Source: a virus (Duplodnaviria; Caudoviricetes). Taken from it: a stretch of 52,439 bases of DNA. The translations under genes were made by a program, and so were the position numbers. The stretch is taken from the IMG/VR virus record IMGVR_UViG_3300031772_000049, positions 1-52,439 of that record; one strand, written 5' to 3'. The notes below the pieces were generated by a model, which was not told where the DNA came from, searched no databases, and saw only the letters and a program-made list of their open reading frames with translations. Below, piece after piece: positions 38,942 through 47,871 of the stretch (positions are counted from its first letter, which is position 1; every line of letters starts with the position of its first letter).

Positions 38942-39478
38942 ATGGAAATAATTAAAGACGAGGTTATCAGAAATAAATGGCATCGGGGATTCGAGCGCAA
39001 AAAAGACATTGAAGAAATCGTCATACACTCCACAGGCGGCGGCGGTTCATATCAATATGTATTGCAAGGTGGTAGGAAAGAATTATACATCAAGGGAATT
39101 GCGTTATTCCACTACCTGATCGAACAGGACGGGAAAACAATTGAAATAATAGACCCTGAGCGATGGGTGTATCATTCTTCCAGCGGCAAGCATGATGAAA
39201 CCACAATCGGGATTGAAAATCTTAATCCCGACCCTCAAAACAAGGCACCTTTGACCGAGGCTGAGTACAAATCCCTTTTTAACTTAATCGATTATTTGAC
39301 CGATATTTACCCTACAATAAAACGTATCGTGGGTCATGACTATAACTATCTTACGTATTCAAAAGCTGTCAAAGGGTGCCCGGGAAACTTTGCGTGGTCC
39401 CGCCTTGAAGAGCACCTGACAAAAAAGAAAATTAAATTTAAAAAAATAGCCGATATGGCATACGAGGTGACCCTGTGA
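38942..39478 (+). CDS. Endolysin, N-acetylmuramoyl-L-alanine amidase (Amidase_2)
   Basis: IVIHST, HYLI..DG, IGIE, IVGH, K.CPG. Confidence 0.88.
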   Translation: MEIIKDEVIRNKWHRGFERKKDIEEIVIHSTGGGGSYQYVLQGGRKELYIKGIALFHYLIEQDGKTIEIIDPERWVYHSSSGKHDETTIGIENLNPDPQNKAPLTEAEYKSLFNLIDYLTDIYPTIKRIVGHDYNYLTYSKAVKGCPGNFAWSRLEEHLTKKKIKFKKIADMAYEVTL

Positions 39479-39675
39479 AAAAGTCAATGCAAGATTTTAT
39501 TGAATTTTTACTCAAGCACTTTCAAAAACACTGGTTGAAGTGGCTCGCCGGAATACTTTGTTTCGGGTTTGTCGTGGCCTCATGTGAAATTCCTACTCCC
39601 TGGGGAGTTATTAAAAAGGGTTCGGTCAAATTGCCCTTTATAAAATCGTCTGCACCAAGTGAGGTACAAAAATGA
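39475..39675 (+). CDS. Putative lipoprotein or holin (lysis accessory)
   Basis: Hydrophobic segment ending VVAS-C. Confidence 0.45.
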   Translation: MKKSMQDFIEFLLKHFQKHWLKWLAGILCFGFVVASCEIPTPWGVIKKGSVKLPFIKSSAPSEVQK

Positions 39676-40148
39676 AGTGGTGGAAATGGGTATTGATTAG
39701 CCTATCATGTGCAGCAGTGGGATTCGGGGCGGGCGGCATCACCGCATGGTCCTGTAAGAAACCAGTCATTGAAAAAGTGACTGAATATAAAACAGAATGG
39801 AAGGTCAAGATTGAAAAGGAAAATTGCCTCGGCTTATGGCAATGCTATAATAGCCCGCTCATGATCGATGTGCTGCCCCGCATAGGGAATAAACTGACTA
39901 TTAAAGCATATGACACCTGTAAGAAAAAACAAGTTGATTATAACATTGTAAACAAACCGAAACAAAACATAATCCTGATCGGTGCCATGTTTGAAACCAA
40001 TTTTAAAAGTGGTGGTGTCGGCGGATACCTTGATTATTATAGACTATTCGGGCCAGTAGGGTTCGGCGGGGGTGTGTATAGTGTGTACAACTTTGTGGAC
40101 AAGACCCCGTCAATAGGTTTACGCGCGGGCGTTGCAATAAATTTTTAA
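39672..40148 (+). CDS. Putative spanin-like/outer-membrane protein
   Basis: N-terminal signal/TM with Cys; amphipathic beta strands ending GVAINF. Confidence 0.45.
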   Translation: MKWWKWVLISLSCAAVGFGAGGITAWSCKKPVIEKVTEYKTEWKVKIEKENCLGLWQCYNSPLMIDVLPRIGNKLTIKAYDTCKKKQVDYNIVNKPKQNIILIGAMFETNFKSGGVGGYLDYYRLFGPVGFGGGVYSVYNFVDKTPSIGLRAGVAINF

Positions 40149-40158
40149 GGAGCAAATT

Positions 40159-40299
40159 ATGACTAAAAAGGAATTGATCGACAAAATTAAACTTTTATGG
40201 ACTAATTATAAACGTCCCATCCTCGGGTTTATTATCGGTGCAGCCCTTGGAGTGCTCGGGACTATCGGTATTGCGGTATTTTTTAAGGTTGTTTTCTAG
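40159..40299 (+). CDS. Small single-TM protein (holin-like)
   Basis: RBS AAGGAG; MTKKELIDKIKLLWTNYKRPILGFIIGAALGVLGTIGIAVFFKVVF*. Confidence 0.55.
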   Translation: MTKKELIDKIKLLWTNYKRPILGFIIGAALGVLGTIGIAVFFKVVF

Positions 40300-40320
40300 G
40301 ATACACCCATAAAATTTAAA

Positions 40321-40346
40321 GCCCTGAGCGTTCAGGGCCTTTTTTT
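40321..40346 (+). terminator. Rho-independent terminator after the lysis cassette
   Basis: GCCCTGA-GCGT-TCAGGGC followed by a T run; between convergent genes. Confidence 0.8.
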
Positions 40347-40393
40347 GCTTGCATATTCAAGGTATACCTTTTAATTTGTATATCCCAACCTTT

Positions 40394-40699
40394 TTAATTT
40401 TCTTCAACTTTTTTCGGTCGGCCCCTCCCTGGGGCCATTATTTTTACCGACAAATACACAGATATTACATGATAAATTAAAAATCCATTTATTATGGGAT
40501 AGCAACACGCTTTCCAATGGTCCATCCGTCTTAAAATTAAAAACTGAAACGTAGATTTTAATTGATAAGGTAAATCCTCTTTTTCAAGAATATATACATC
40601 CCATTCGTTCGCTATTATTTTATGGCGTGTGTACTCATAAATCAGTACACACGCCACCACCGTTAATATGTACGCATATGCAAGGCCCATCCATATCAT
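40394..40699 (-). CDS. Hypothetical membrane protein
   Basis: Two hydrophobic segments. Confidence 0.45.
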   Translation of the reverse strand: MIWMGLAYAYILTVVACVLIYEYTRHKIIANEWDVYILEKEDLPYQLKSTFQFLILRRMDHWKACCYPIINGFLIYHVISVYLSVKIMAPGRGRPKKVEEN

Positions 40700-41049
40700 A
40701 GTTTCGTCCAGGTTTTCATCGATACAAAGCCATTGTTAAAATATACAATGCCGCCCAATACCCCCTCGGTCGTATACGATACATAAGTAAACATTTCCAG
40801 CGTCCCTATCCCTTGCGATTGTGTTTCAGAGGTATTGTCAGGCGAGCCTAATATGTTTATAACCTGCGCCTTGGTCATGCCATTATTGATTTGATTATAC
40901 CCTGCCCGCGTAAAGGAAGCGGACACTCCGGTTGATGATACACTTGCCGGGCTTGACTTGTCTGTTTTCATCCCGAAATAGATCATAACAATAGTTAACC
41001 CAATACCACCACCAATGATCATAAATTTAAAAACCTTGTCGAAATTCAT
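40696..41049 (-). CDS. Membrane-anchored SmpA/BamE/DUF3862-like protein
   Basis: TM followed by YNQI..GMT..QV..ILGSP. Confidence 0.65.
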   Translation of the reverse strand: MNFDKVFKFMIIGGGIGLTIVMIYFGMKTDKSSPASVSSTGVSASFTRAGYNQINNGMTKAQVINILGSPDNTSETQSQGIGTLEMFTYVSYTTEGVLGGIVYFNNGFVSMKTWTKL

Positions 41050-41441
41050 ATTGAGACCTCCATGAAAAATTTATATAAGGCCGGGATTAAATTGCTAACC
41101 AGTCCATTATATGTGAGACAATCATAGTTACCTTTATCAAGCCATCTATCAATAGTATAAAATTGCAGGTCTTTTCGATGATCATGGAATAGCCCGACGA
41201 ATGCGGCGCCACCTGCGTTATGGTATGCCAGTAGATTATCCCTTTGATGCGGTGATACCACACCGCCCGATTTTTTAAATTCAATCACAAACCCCCATCC
41301 TTTATACATACCAATGACATCGAAGGGCTTTTTAGTAGTTTGTGAGGGCATGTCGGATATTTTATGCCAGTAGATATCAGAATTACTAAGCTCTTTAATT
41401 TCAGCGGTCAATCGTGCCAGGCGTGTGCGTTCAGTACTCAT
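41046..41441 (-). CDS. VRR-NUC/Holliday-junction-resolvase-like nuclease
   Basis: PFD.......F.IEFK...G..S.HQ...L......GG. Confidence 0.75.
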   Translation of the reverse strand: MSTERTRLARLTAEIKELSNSDIYWHKISDMPSQTTKKPFDVIGMYKGWGFVIEFKKSGGVVSPHQRDNLLAYHNAGGAAFVGLFHDHRKDLQFYTIDRWLDKGNYDCLTYNGLVSNLIPALYKFFMEVSI

Positions 41442-41629
41442 TTGTTTTCCTCGTTTAATATCCTCGCAATAGCCGTCTTGAATAATTTGCTATTAAATTC
41501 CATGAGATGCGATTGGCAACCATGACCATCAATGCCAAGTTCATTTTTTAGATGATCTTTATATCGTCGATATAAGTCTGCATCGATGTCTATAGTTATT
41601 CTGTACGGTCTTTCCATTTTTATTTCCAC
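41438..41629 (-). CDS. Small RHH-like protein
   Basis: RITIDID.DLY...K. Confidence 0.4.
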   Translation of the reverse strand: MEIKMERPYRITIDIDADLYRRYKDHLKNELGIDGHGCQSHLMEFNSKLFKTAIARILNEENK

Positions 41630-41874
41630 CTGTTATTTTTAACCGGCCCATACATTTTATCAGGTGGCGCAGGAGTTATTTTTGGTCTATCTAAATACTC
41701 ATTGAGATTATTTTTTAATTTAATCCGATCTATCTCGTATTGTAGTTGGGAGATTTTTTGAAATAAAAATGAAAATGTTTTTGAGTGCGCGTCATCCAGA
41801 ATATTGTCACTTTCTGTTTTCAAAAAAGCATACATTTCGGTGTATAAATTATTTTCATATTCCAGTGGTGTCAT
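41620..41874 (-). CDS. Hypothetical protein
   Basis: ORF track; overlapping-gene chain. Confidence 0.45.
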   Translation of the reverse strand: MTPLEYENNLYTEMYAFLKTESDNILDDAHSKTFSFLFQKISQLQYEIDRIKLKNNLNEYLDRPKITPAPPDKMYGPVKNNRWK

Positions 41875-42062
41875 TTTAATTTCCCCTTGAAGTTTTTTTT
41901 AATCTCATGATTGTCGTCATAGTGGAATAACCATTCCCGCATATCGTCCATGTATTTAAAGTTAAGTAACTCCTTACCACGTCCTATTGATATAGATGGA
42001 TTGTCTTGCGATAAGTCCCAAAAAACAAGCCACTCTAAGTTTTCACGGTCTGTTTTCATCAT
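41871..42062 (-). CDS. Hypothetical protein
   Basis: ORF track; overlapping-gene chain. Confidence 0.45.
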   Translation of the reverse strand: MMKTDRENLEWLVFWDLSQDNPSISIGRGKELLNFKYMDDMREWLFHYDDNHEIKKNFKGKLK

Positions 42063-42164
42063 TCACCGCCTTGTTTTAATTTGCCGGATGAAGGAATTGC
42101 ACCTTCTTTTCCTAATGTGCGCCTGCCAAGTGTGTTATCTCCCTATACCAATCCGGCTTTTTAA

Positions 42165-42656
42165 TCATTCGTATTTATCACAAATACCTAAAAAATTTAC
42201 ATTACTTTTTAATTCAACGCAAACGACAACATGCGGTAAATCAGAAAATACGTGACGGCAATTACCGCAACAATGCAGCTCAATTTCTGTATAATTAACT
42301 TCTTTTAGTTTTTCAATTTCAAACGACATATTTCCCTCCCCGCTCCTGAGGTTTGCGCCCACGAGGTCTGCGCCCTCGAGGTATGCGCCCTCGAGGTATG
42401 CGCCCTCGAGGTTTGCGCCCTCGAGGTTTGCGCCCTCGAGGTTTGCGCCCCCGAGGTCTGCGTCCCTGAGGTCTGCGTCCCTGAGGTTTGCGCCCACGAG
42501 GTCTGCGCCCACGAGGTCTGCGTCCCTGAGGTTTGCGCCCCTGAGGTCTGCGTCCCTGAGGTTTGCGCCCACGAGGTTTGCGCACTTACCCCCATCTATG
42601 TCTTTCAGCCACTTGTCATGCAAGTCCAGTATTGATTTTAGTTCTATGTCTGTCAT
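42165..42656 (-). CDS. Pentapeptide-repeat protein joined in frame to a Cys-rich domain
   Basis: A(N/D/Y)L.(G/D) repeats encoded by 15-bp tandem repeats at about 42345-42582; C-terminal CCGNC...C...C. Confidence 0.8.
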   Translation of the reverse strand: MTDIELKSILDLHDKWLKDIDGGKCANLVGANLRDADLRGANLRDADLVGADLVGANLRDADLRDADLGGANLEGANLEGANLEGAYLEGAYLEGADLVGANLRSGEGNMSFEIEKLKEVNYTEIELHCCGNCRHVFSDLPHVVVCVELKSNVNFLGICDKYE

Positions 42657-43075
42657 TTTTCTACCTCGACGCCGCACGGAGAACCATTGACAAATTCATA
42701 TTTTTCTAACAACTGATTAAAATTTGGAGAATAACAATTATCGTCAAAGTCTCTTATCAACGCTATCCCATCACCATTTTTGGTTTGTGCAATAGCTAGA
42801 ATATTGTATTCCTTTTTTGATTTTTTATTCCGAATCCATTTATAATATAAATTTTCTCTTTCCTCAAAAGTAAATGACCGCCATGATTTTTTGGGAATGA
42901 TATGCACCTCTCTTTCTTCAAAAAAAACTTTACCAAAAAATCCGTCCTCACCTTCAACCGGAATACACGCAAAATATTTTCCGCTTTTTTCTATAAATTT
43001 TCTTTGGTATCTTCCGACCTTAATATCAACACTTACAATATCACCCATTTTTAACTCTGTCATTTTACTCATCAC
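42653..43075 (-). CDS. Hypothetical phage protein
   Basis: ORF track; ends Y.F..GSPCGV. Confidence 0.55.
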   Translation of the reverse strand: MMSKMTELKMGDIVSVDIKVGRYQRKFIEKSGKYFACIPVEGEDGFFGKVFFEEREVHIIPKKSWRSFTFEERENLYYKWIRNKKSKKEYNILAIAQTKNGDGIALIRDFDDNCYSPNFNQLLEKYEFVNGSPCGVEVEK

Positions 43076-43277
43076 CGCACCTCAATTTGTTATAAATATC
43101 GACCATCTTTTCCAGCGACATATTCCGGTGCCCGTGCATCCACGAACTAATGTATGGTTGCTTTAATCCAGTAATCTCAACCACCCGGGACACACCGAGA
43201 GATTTTATTTTTAATTGCAGCTCGTCCTTAAGGTCGTTTTTTATTTTGTCAAAATTATTGGTTATTGAGTTTTTCAT
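43065..43277 (-). CDS. XRE/Cro-like HTH regulator
   Basis: V.E.TGL.Q.YIS.W..G.R.MS. Confidence 0.75.
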   Translation of the reverse strand: MKNSITNNFDKIKNDLKDELQLKIKSLGVSRVVEITGLKQPYISSWMHGHRNMSLEKMVDIYNKLRCGDE

Positions 43278-43760
43278 TTTTTACCTGTAAGTTTTTAAAT
43301 CCTGTTTTATAATGATTCAATAAGTTTTCCAAAGCTGCTATTGCTCATGTTGCGGTTATCAATCCAAAATTTTGCATCAATAATCTTGTTTGACTTTTTG
43401 ATAACTGACATGATTCTATTTTTATTATTTTTTTATGTTATAAATTCGATGAATAATACTATAACAATTGTTATCGGAATTGCTATTGCCAATGAAATTA
43501 AAATGTCTATCATGCTACCTCCTTTTTTAATTCCGCTTGTAATAATTCCAGCCATCGTGCGTTTCCCTCGTTTGAAAAATGGATTATTTGTTATTTTCTA
43601 ATATCATTTATTTTTTTATATCCTTGCGCCATTCCTTGGAAATCACACTTCATTGCACACAAACAAATTTGATCTTCAATCATTCTAATTTCTACTATTT
43701 CGAGTGCTGTTAATGTTTTCATCTTATTTCCTCCGTTTCTCAATCTCATCTTATATATAT

Positions 43761-43789
43761 AAGATAACTAATAAGTAATATATTGTCAA
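43761..43789 (-). promoter_or_regulatory. Sigma70-like promoter
   Basis: TTGACA-17 nt-TATCTT on the minus strand, upstream of a GGAGG RBS. Confidence 0.6.
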
Positions 43790-43828
43790 GTACTTTTATA
43801 ACTTTTTTATTATTTTTTTATGCTTTAA

Positions 43829-43912
43829 TCATCCCCACTGATCTGCCATTGCTCTTGCAACCCCTTCATATGTTTTTGATCTTAACTTCCCTCGATCTTT
43901 TGACGGTGGCAT
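43829..43912 (-). pseudogene. 3' remnant of a phage methyltransferase-like gene
   Basis: MPPSKDRGKLRSKTYEGVARAMADQWG* matches the RSKT(F/Y).G.A.AMA.QWG C-terminus recalled for that family. Confidence 0.6.
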
Positions 43913-43991
43913 TTTACCGTGTAATAGAATTACTTGAATTTAACAAAGACTCAAAACAATACTTTGTAGTGGAAAAATAAAATATAGACGC

Positions 43992-44417
43992 CTATAAAAA
44001 TACAGCGGGGGACACTGAAAAGCGTTTAGATAATTCTTTTACTTGGCGTGTATTCAATTCACGTTTTCCGTTCAATATTTCAGAAACAACCCCCTGCGTG
44101 CCAATTTCGGGAAGGTCCGATTGTTTTAAACCGTGTTCTTCCATGAGATATTTTAAAACATCAACACCGGACGCTTCCGACATGGGGTAGTGTTCATCCT
44201 CATAATTTTTAATTAAAATACCGATAGTCTCCATTTCACGAACAAAAGGATGGTTTTCATTACCCCCCACTATATCAATAAGCCTATCCAGTTCTTTTAG
44301 AAGTACCTTATATTCTTTTTCGTTATGAGGGGCCACAGGGATAGAAGGTGTATTTAGTAAATTCATTACTCCGGGGTCCCCCATAAAATATTTCATTATT
44401 GTAGCGTCCTTTTTCAT
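43992..44417 (-). CDS. higA: HigA-type antitoxin (HTH-XRE)
   Basis: EY...L..LD.L, I..YE..HYP, L.YLM..HGL.Q.DL.EIG.QG.VSEIL.GKR.L. Confidence 0.9.
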   Translation of the reverse strand: MKKDATIMKYFMGDPGVMNLLNTPSIPVAPHNEKEYKVLLKELDRLIDIVGGNENHPFVREMETIGILIKNYEDEHYPMSEASGVDVLKYLMEEHGLKQSDLPEIGTQGVVSEILNGKRELNTRQVKELSKRFSVSPAVFL

Positions 44418-44421
44418 AGAA

Positions 44422-44487
44422 TTAACCCTTTTTCCATTTTTCCTTATCATATTCAGCATGTGTTAGAACATGTTTGATAAGACACAT
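44422..44487 (-). pseudogene. higB: C-terminal stump of HigB toxin
   Basis: MCLIKHVLTHAEYDKEKWKKG*; LTHAEYD..W is the HigB C-terminal signature; directly upstream of higA. Confidence 0.75.
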
Positions 44488-44494
44488 TTTTATA

Positions 44495-45265
44495 TTATAA
44501 TCCAGTAATCTCAACCACCTTTTTCAATTCCGCTTGTAATAATTCCAACCATCTCGCGTTTCCCTCGCTCGAAAAATGTACCGGACGAATCTTTGGCCAG
44601 TATTTTTCCATGAGTATTCTCATTGCTTTTCGATTGCCATATTCAGCCGCAAATATTATTTCCTGCGGGGGTAGTGGCCCGGCCTCAGGTAAGTTAAGAT
44701 ATGCAAGCCGGCACCAACCGGTAAGGGGGTTGTAAAACTCATCAAAAAAGTTTATGTACTGCCAACCGCATATATCACAAATTTGCTTGCATAGTTTGTT
44801 ATATTTTTTTACATCCACGTTATCGGCGTTCCCGTGCTGAATGACTGGAAGCACGCCGTGTACCAGTATTTTTGCGTTGCAATAATCTTGTACGGCAAAA
44901 TTTAGACGGCATAAGCAACCAAGTATGTGTTGGTTAGTAGCATTTCCTCCCAGATCATTTCCCGCAAGGTTTGAAAACAACCACCCGCCGCCTTGATTTA
45001 TTATTGATTGTACAACCTCATGACCAGACCATCCAATCACCGTAGTACCACCAACGCCACCGTTTACAATAGGGATATCAAGTTTTAATTGTGAAACCGG
45101 GAATCCGGCGAGCCTGGAATCTCCTATCATTACCAATTGATTTTTTAATATACCTGGCGCGTATAGATTAGAAAATTCCATGGAATACTTCTTGAACTCT
45201 TGCGGGCAAAAAAACAATTTACTGATTTCATTTAATTCTTTTTCGTGTTTCACGTTTAATACCAT
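44495..45265 (-). CDS. SGNH/GDSL hydrolase (esterase)
   Basis: Blocks GDS, NGGVGG, GND and ..VHF. Confidence 0.8.
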   Translation of the reverse strand: MVLNVKHEKELNEISKLFFCPQEFKKYSMEFSNLYAPGILKNQLVMIGDSRLAGFPVSQLKLDIPIVNGGVGGTTVIGWSGHEVVQSIINQGGGWLFSNLAGNDLGGNATNQHILGCLCRLNFAVQDYCNAKILVHGVLPVIQHGNADNVDVKKYNKLCKQICDICGWQYINFFDEFYNPLTGWCRLAYLNLPEAGPLPPQEIIFAAEYGNRKAMRILMEKYWPKIRPVHFSSEGNARWLELLQAELKKVVEITGL

Positions 45266-45498
45266 CCTAATATTTTTTCTAAAAAACTTTTTTTAGTTTT
45301 AATTGGTTCAGCTTTCTTGACTTTTTTTAAAAAATGTTTACAGTTATTTTTCTTATTCCATTCCCATGGATCATTTATGTATATAGCCTGTACGGGTGTG
45401 TCGATTGGTATACATACTCCTTTTTTATGGCATTGGTCGTGAATCGTTAAAAATTCACATTCCATGCAATACACTTTTTCTTTTTTATTTTTTCTCAT
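45256..45498 (-). CDS. Small Cys-rich protein
   Basis: CxxC...C...C pattern. Confidence 0.45.
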   Translation of the reverse strand: MRKNKKEKVYCMECEFLTIHDQCHKKGVCIPIDTPVQAIYINDPWEWNKKNNCKHFLKKVKKAEPIKTKKSFLEKILGWY

Positions 45499-45572
45499 TT
45501 CTTATCCCTCACAATGATATAAAATTATACACATGGCCGCCACCGACAATATAACTACAATTCCATATATTA

Positions 45573-45776
45573 TCATGATATCACCGTACTAATCATTAAA
45601 TCTAAAATTTGCCTATATATTTCCATTATCGTGTGGCATTCGTCCTGAACTACAAAGCTAGAGTTCGCATAATAAAATGTTAATGTATCCTTTTTTAATT
45701 CTATAAAGTTTACATTATTAAGATTTATACATGTTACTGTATCTTTTTTCATGTCTTTAAATTCATACATTTTCAT
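45573..45776 (-). CDS. Hypothetical protein
   Basis: ORF track; ATGA overlap. Confidence 0.45.
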   Translation of the reverse strand: MKMYEFKDMKKDTVTCINLNNVNFIELKKDTLTFYYANSSFVVQDECHTIMEIYRQILDLMISTVIS

Positions 45777-45961
45777 CTCGGCACATCCTCCATACCATTA
45801 AATAAATTTACCTTAAACTTTTCAATATCCCGTTCTATTGCATTAAGCCTTTTACCCATAAAAATAAAAGTCTCTGACAATACAATCATCGATACAAAAT
45901 TCACGATTGAGAAAATTATTATGATGGTCAATATCGCGCCGTGTTTACGTTCATCGCTCAT
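45773..45961 (-). CDS. Small membrane protein
   Basis: Hydrophobic N-terminus; ATGA overlap with polA. Confidence 0.45.
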   Translation of the reverse strand: MSDERKHGAILTIIIIFSIVNFVSMIVLSETFIFMGKRLNAIERDIEKFKVNLFNGMEDVPR

Positions 45962-47844
45962 TTAAAATACCTCTTTGACATAAAACTTTCTGTTTTCAAC
46001 GGAAACCCCTTAAACCATTCCGGCGGGACGTTCATTATAGTATCAAATACTTTTAATTTCGCCTTTGCCTGCGTGGTCAATGCCTGGGCGACCACCTCAT
46101 CATGCACACTCATGATCGGGAATATCTCCACTTTATCAAGCTCAAGCATCGCGTGGCATAGTAAGTCCCGTGCAATGGCCTGGACGATGTTTTCAGTAAT
46201 AAGTCCGCCCCATAATTTTACGGTCATATTCTGCGCAAAATTTAAAAATGATATCCCCTCGGGACCCCTGGTCACACGATGATAGTACAGGTCCCGGCCA
46301 GAGGGCAGTTTAATAGATACATAGCCCTTGTCGGCATGTAATAGCATACCATTTACTTTTACTTTCTTGCCCTTATTAACCAGTACATAATTAAAAGCCG
46401 ACTCAATCGATGCCCAGAATTGCACAATATTTTTAAAGCTTGATCGATAAGTATAGATTGCTTTTTCGGCGGTGTGAATATTGATCGCCAATCCCTGCGC
46501 CTGGCATACCTCAAAAAATCTATTATGACCCATCCCATATCCTGCTCCTAAAATTACACTTTTCCCAAGGTGCCTTTCTTTTTTTGTCACGTCATCCAGG
46601 GGCTTTTGATAAATTACGGCTGCCATTTTTTTATACAGGTCATCCCCTTTTCGATACGCCTCAATCAATATCTTTTCCCCCGCAATCCAGGCAAGTACCC
46701 GCGCTTCAATTGCGGAAAAGTCGCCCATTAAAAATACGTGCCCTTTATCGGGGATAATCATTCCGGGTAATACTTTTTTAGCTGCGGTCATAGTTTCAAT
46801 TACTGGAACTTTATCCGCCAATAAATCCTTTAATAATGCCGCCTGTTCTTTTTCTGTTTGTCCACCCTTAGGTAGATTATGGGGCTGGAAGCCTACCCCG
46901 GACCATCGACCCGTATTCGCCCGATAATATTGCAAAAAATACCGCAACCTGCCATCAGGGGACACCCGATCAATCAATGCGGAATACTTCTTGATTGATG
47001 AGCGGGATAAAAACAAACGCAACTCAAGCATGGCACGGGCATCCGCGTCAAGATTCGGATTTAATAATATATCCTTGATTGTTTTTTCCTGCGCATTGGC
47101 GATTGATATATTAAAATTGTCCTTTAAATACTTTTGTAATTGTTTCGGTGACCGGACATTTACCCCCTTTTCTTCCATCCGTTTTTCGGCATCCAGGGTC
47201 GCGGCATTGACTAGCATGTCTATCTTTTTGAGAGCCTTGACATCAATATGTATACCATGAATGTTTTGTCTACGGTCAAGATTCATAATCGGCTTTTCAA
47301 TTGCAATATTGTCGTACTTCGCTAATCTATTATATACCTTTTCAGTCAATTCCACGTCTTGTTTACAATACATAATCATGGTATCAAGTTCAGCCGCCGG
47401 TATGGGATTAAATTCACCCTTACGATTAGGCTTGCTATACGTTTGTATCAGGTGCTTACCCACCGCGAGCTTGCTCTCCCCGAGTTTTAAGACGCCGCAC
47501 AGAGGTTCTAAGCCCCCGGGTAGCGCCATGCAGCGTGCCATGTTAGCGGTACATTCCCATCGTAATGGGTCCGCGAGGGCCAGGGGAAAGCCGTATTTTT
47601 TACGTAGTACATTAGCAAATAGCGCATACTCAAAAAGGGCATTGTGCGCAACGAATGTATATTGGTGATTGACATGAAAAGCATCCGGTACACTATCTCC
47701 GGGCACCCACACGTTGACTTTATTGCCCTCGACCTTATACGCCACACAAAAAACATCGGTTGATGAATGCTCGGCATACCGCCATGCGCCCACTTCAACC
47801 AAGTCCGCTTTTGATCGTGTTTCAATATCAATAAATATTTTCAT
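45958..47844 (-). CDS. polA: Family A DNA polymerase with 3'-5' exonuclease
   Basis: DIET, AHNA.FE, YCKQDV exonuclease motifs; TGRWS, DFSAIEAR, R..GK...LG.GYG, VHDE. Confidence 0.93.
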   Translation of the reverse strand: MKIFIDIETRSKADLVEVGAWRYAEHSSTDVFCVAYKVEGNKVNVWVPGDSVPDAFHVNHQYTFVAHNALFEYALFANVLRKKYGFPLALADPLRWECTANMARCMALPGGLEPLCGVLKLGESKLAVGKHLIQTYSKPNRKGEFNPIPAAELDTMIMYCKQDVELTEKVYNRLAKYDNIAIEKPIMNLDRRQNIHGIHIDVKALKKIDMLVNAATLDAEKRMEEKGVNVRSPKQLQKYLKDNFNISIANAQEKTIKDILLNPNLDADARAMLELRLFLSRSSIKKYSALIDRVSPDGRLRYFLQYYRANTGRWSGVGFQPHNLPKGGQTEKEQAALLKDLLADKVPVIETMTAAKKVLPGMIIPDKGHVFLMGDFSAIEARVLAWIAGEKILIEAYRKGDDLYKKMAAVIYQKPLDDVTKKERHLGKSVILGAGYGMGHNRFFEVCQAQGLAINIHTAEKAIYTYRSSFKNIVQFWASIESAFNYVLVNKGKKVKVNGMLLHADKGYVSIKLPSGRDLYYHRVTRGPEGISFLNFAQNMTVKLWGGLITENIVQAIARDLLCHAMLELDKVEIFPIMSVHDEVVAQALTTQAKAKLKVFDTIMNVPPEWFKGFPLKTESFMSKRYFK

Positions 47845-47870
47845 ATTATTTCATCAAACTCCGTTTTACG
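47838..47870. repeat. 33-bp direct repeat, copy 1 (polA RBS and start, abutting the terminal CRISPR repeat)
   Basis: TTTTCATATTATTTCATCAAACTCCGTTTTACG, identical to 49563-49595. Confidence 0.95.
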
Positions 47871-47871
47871 T

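Noticed and set aside
30236-40299. Host assignment to a spirochaete from Maf/Pse genes and lipobox style
   Set aside because: Suggestive only; these features occur in many flagellated diderms and need spacer or homology searches
42305-42595. ORFs with AQTS and RRPRG repeats
   Set aside because: Alternative frames of the pentapeptide 15-bp repeats; also not a CRISPR array because there are no spacers
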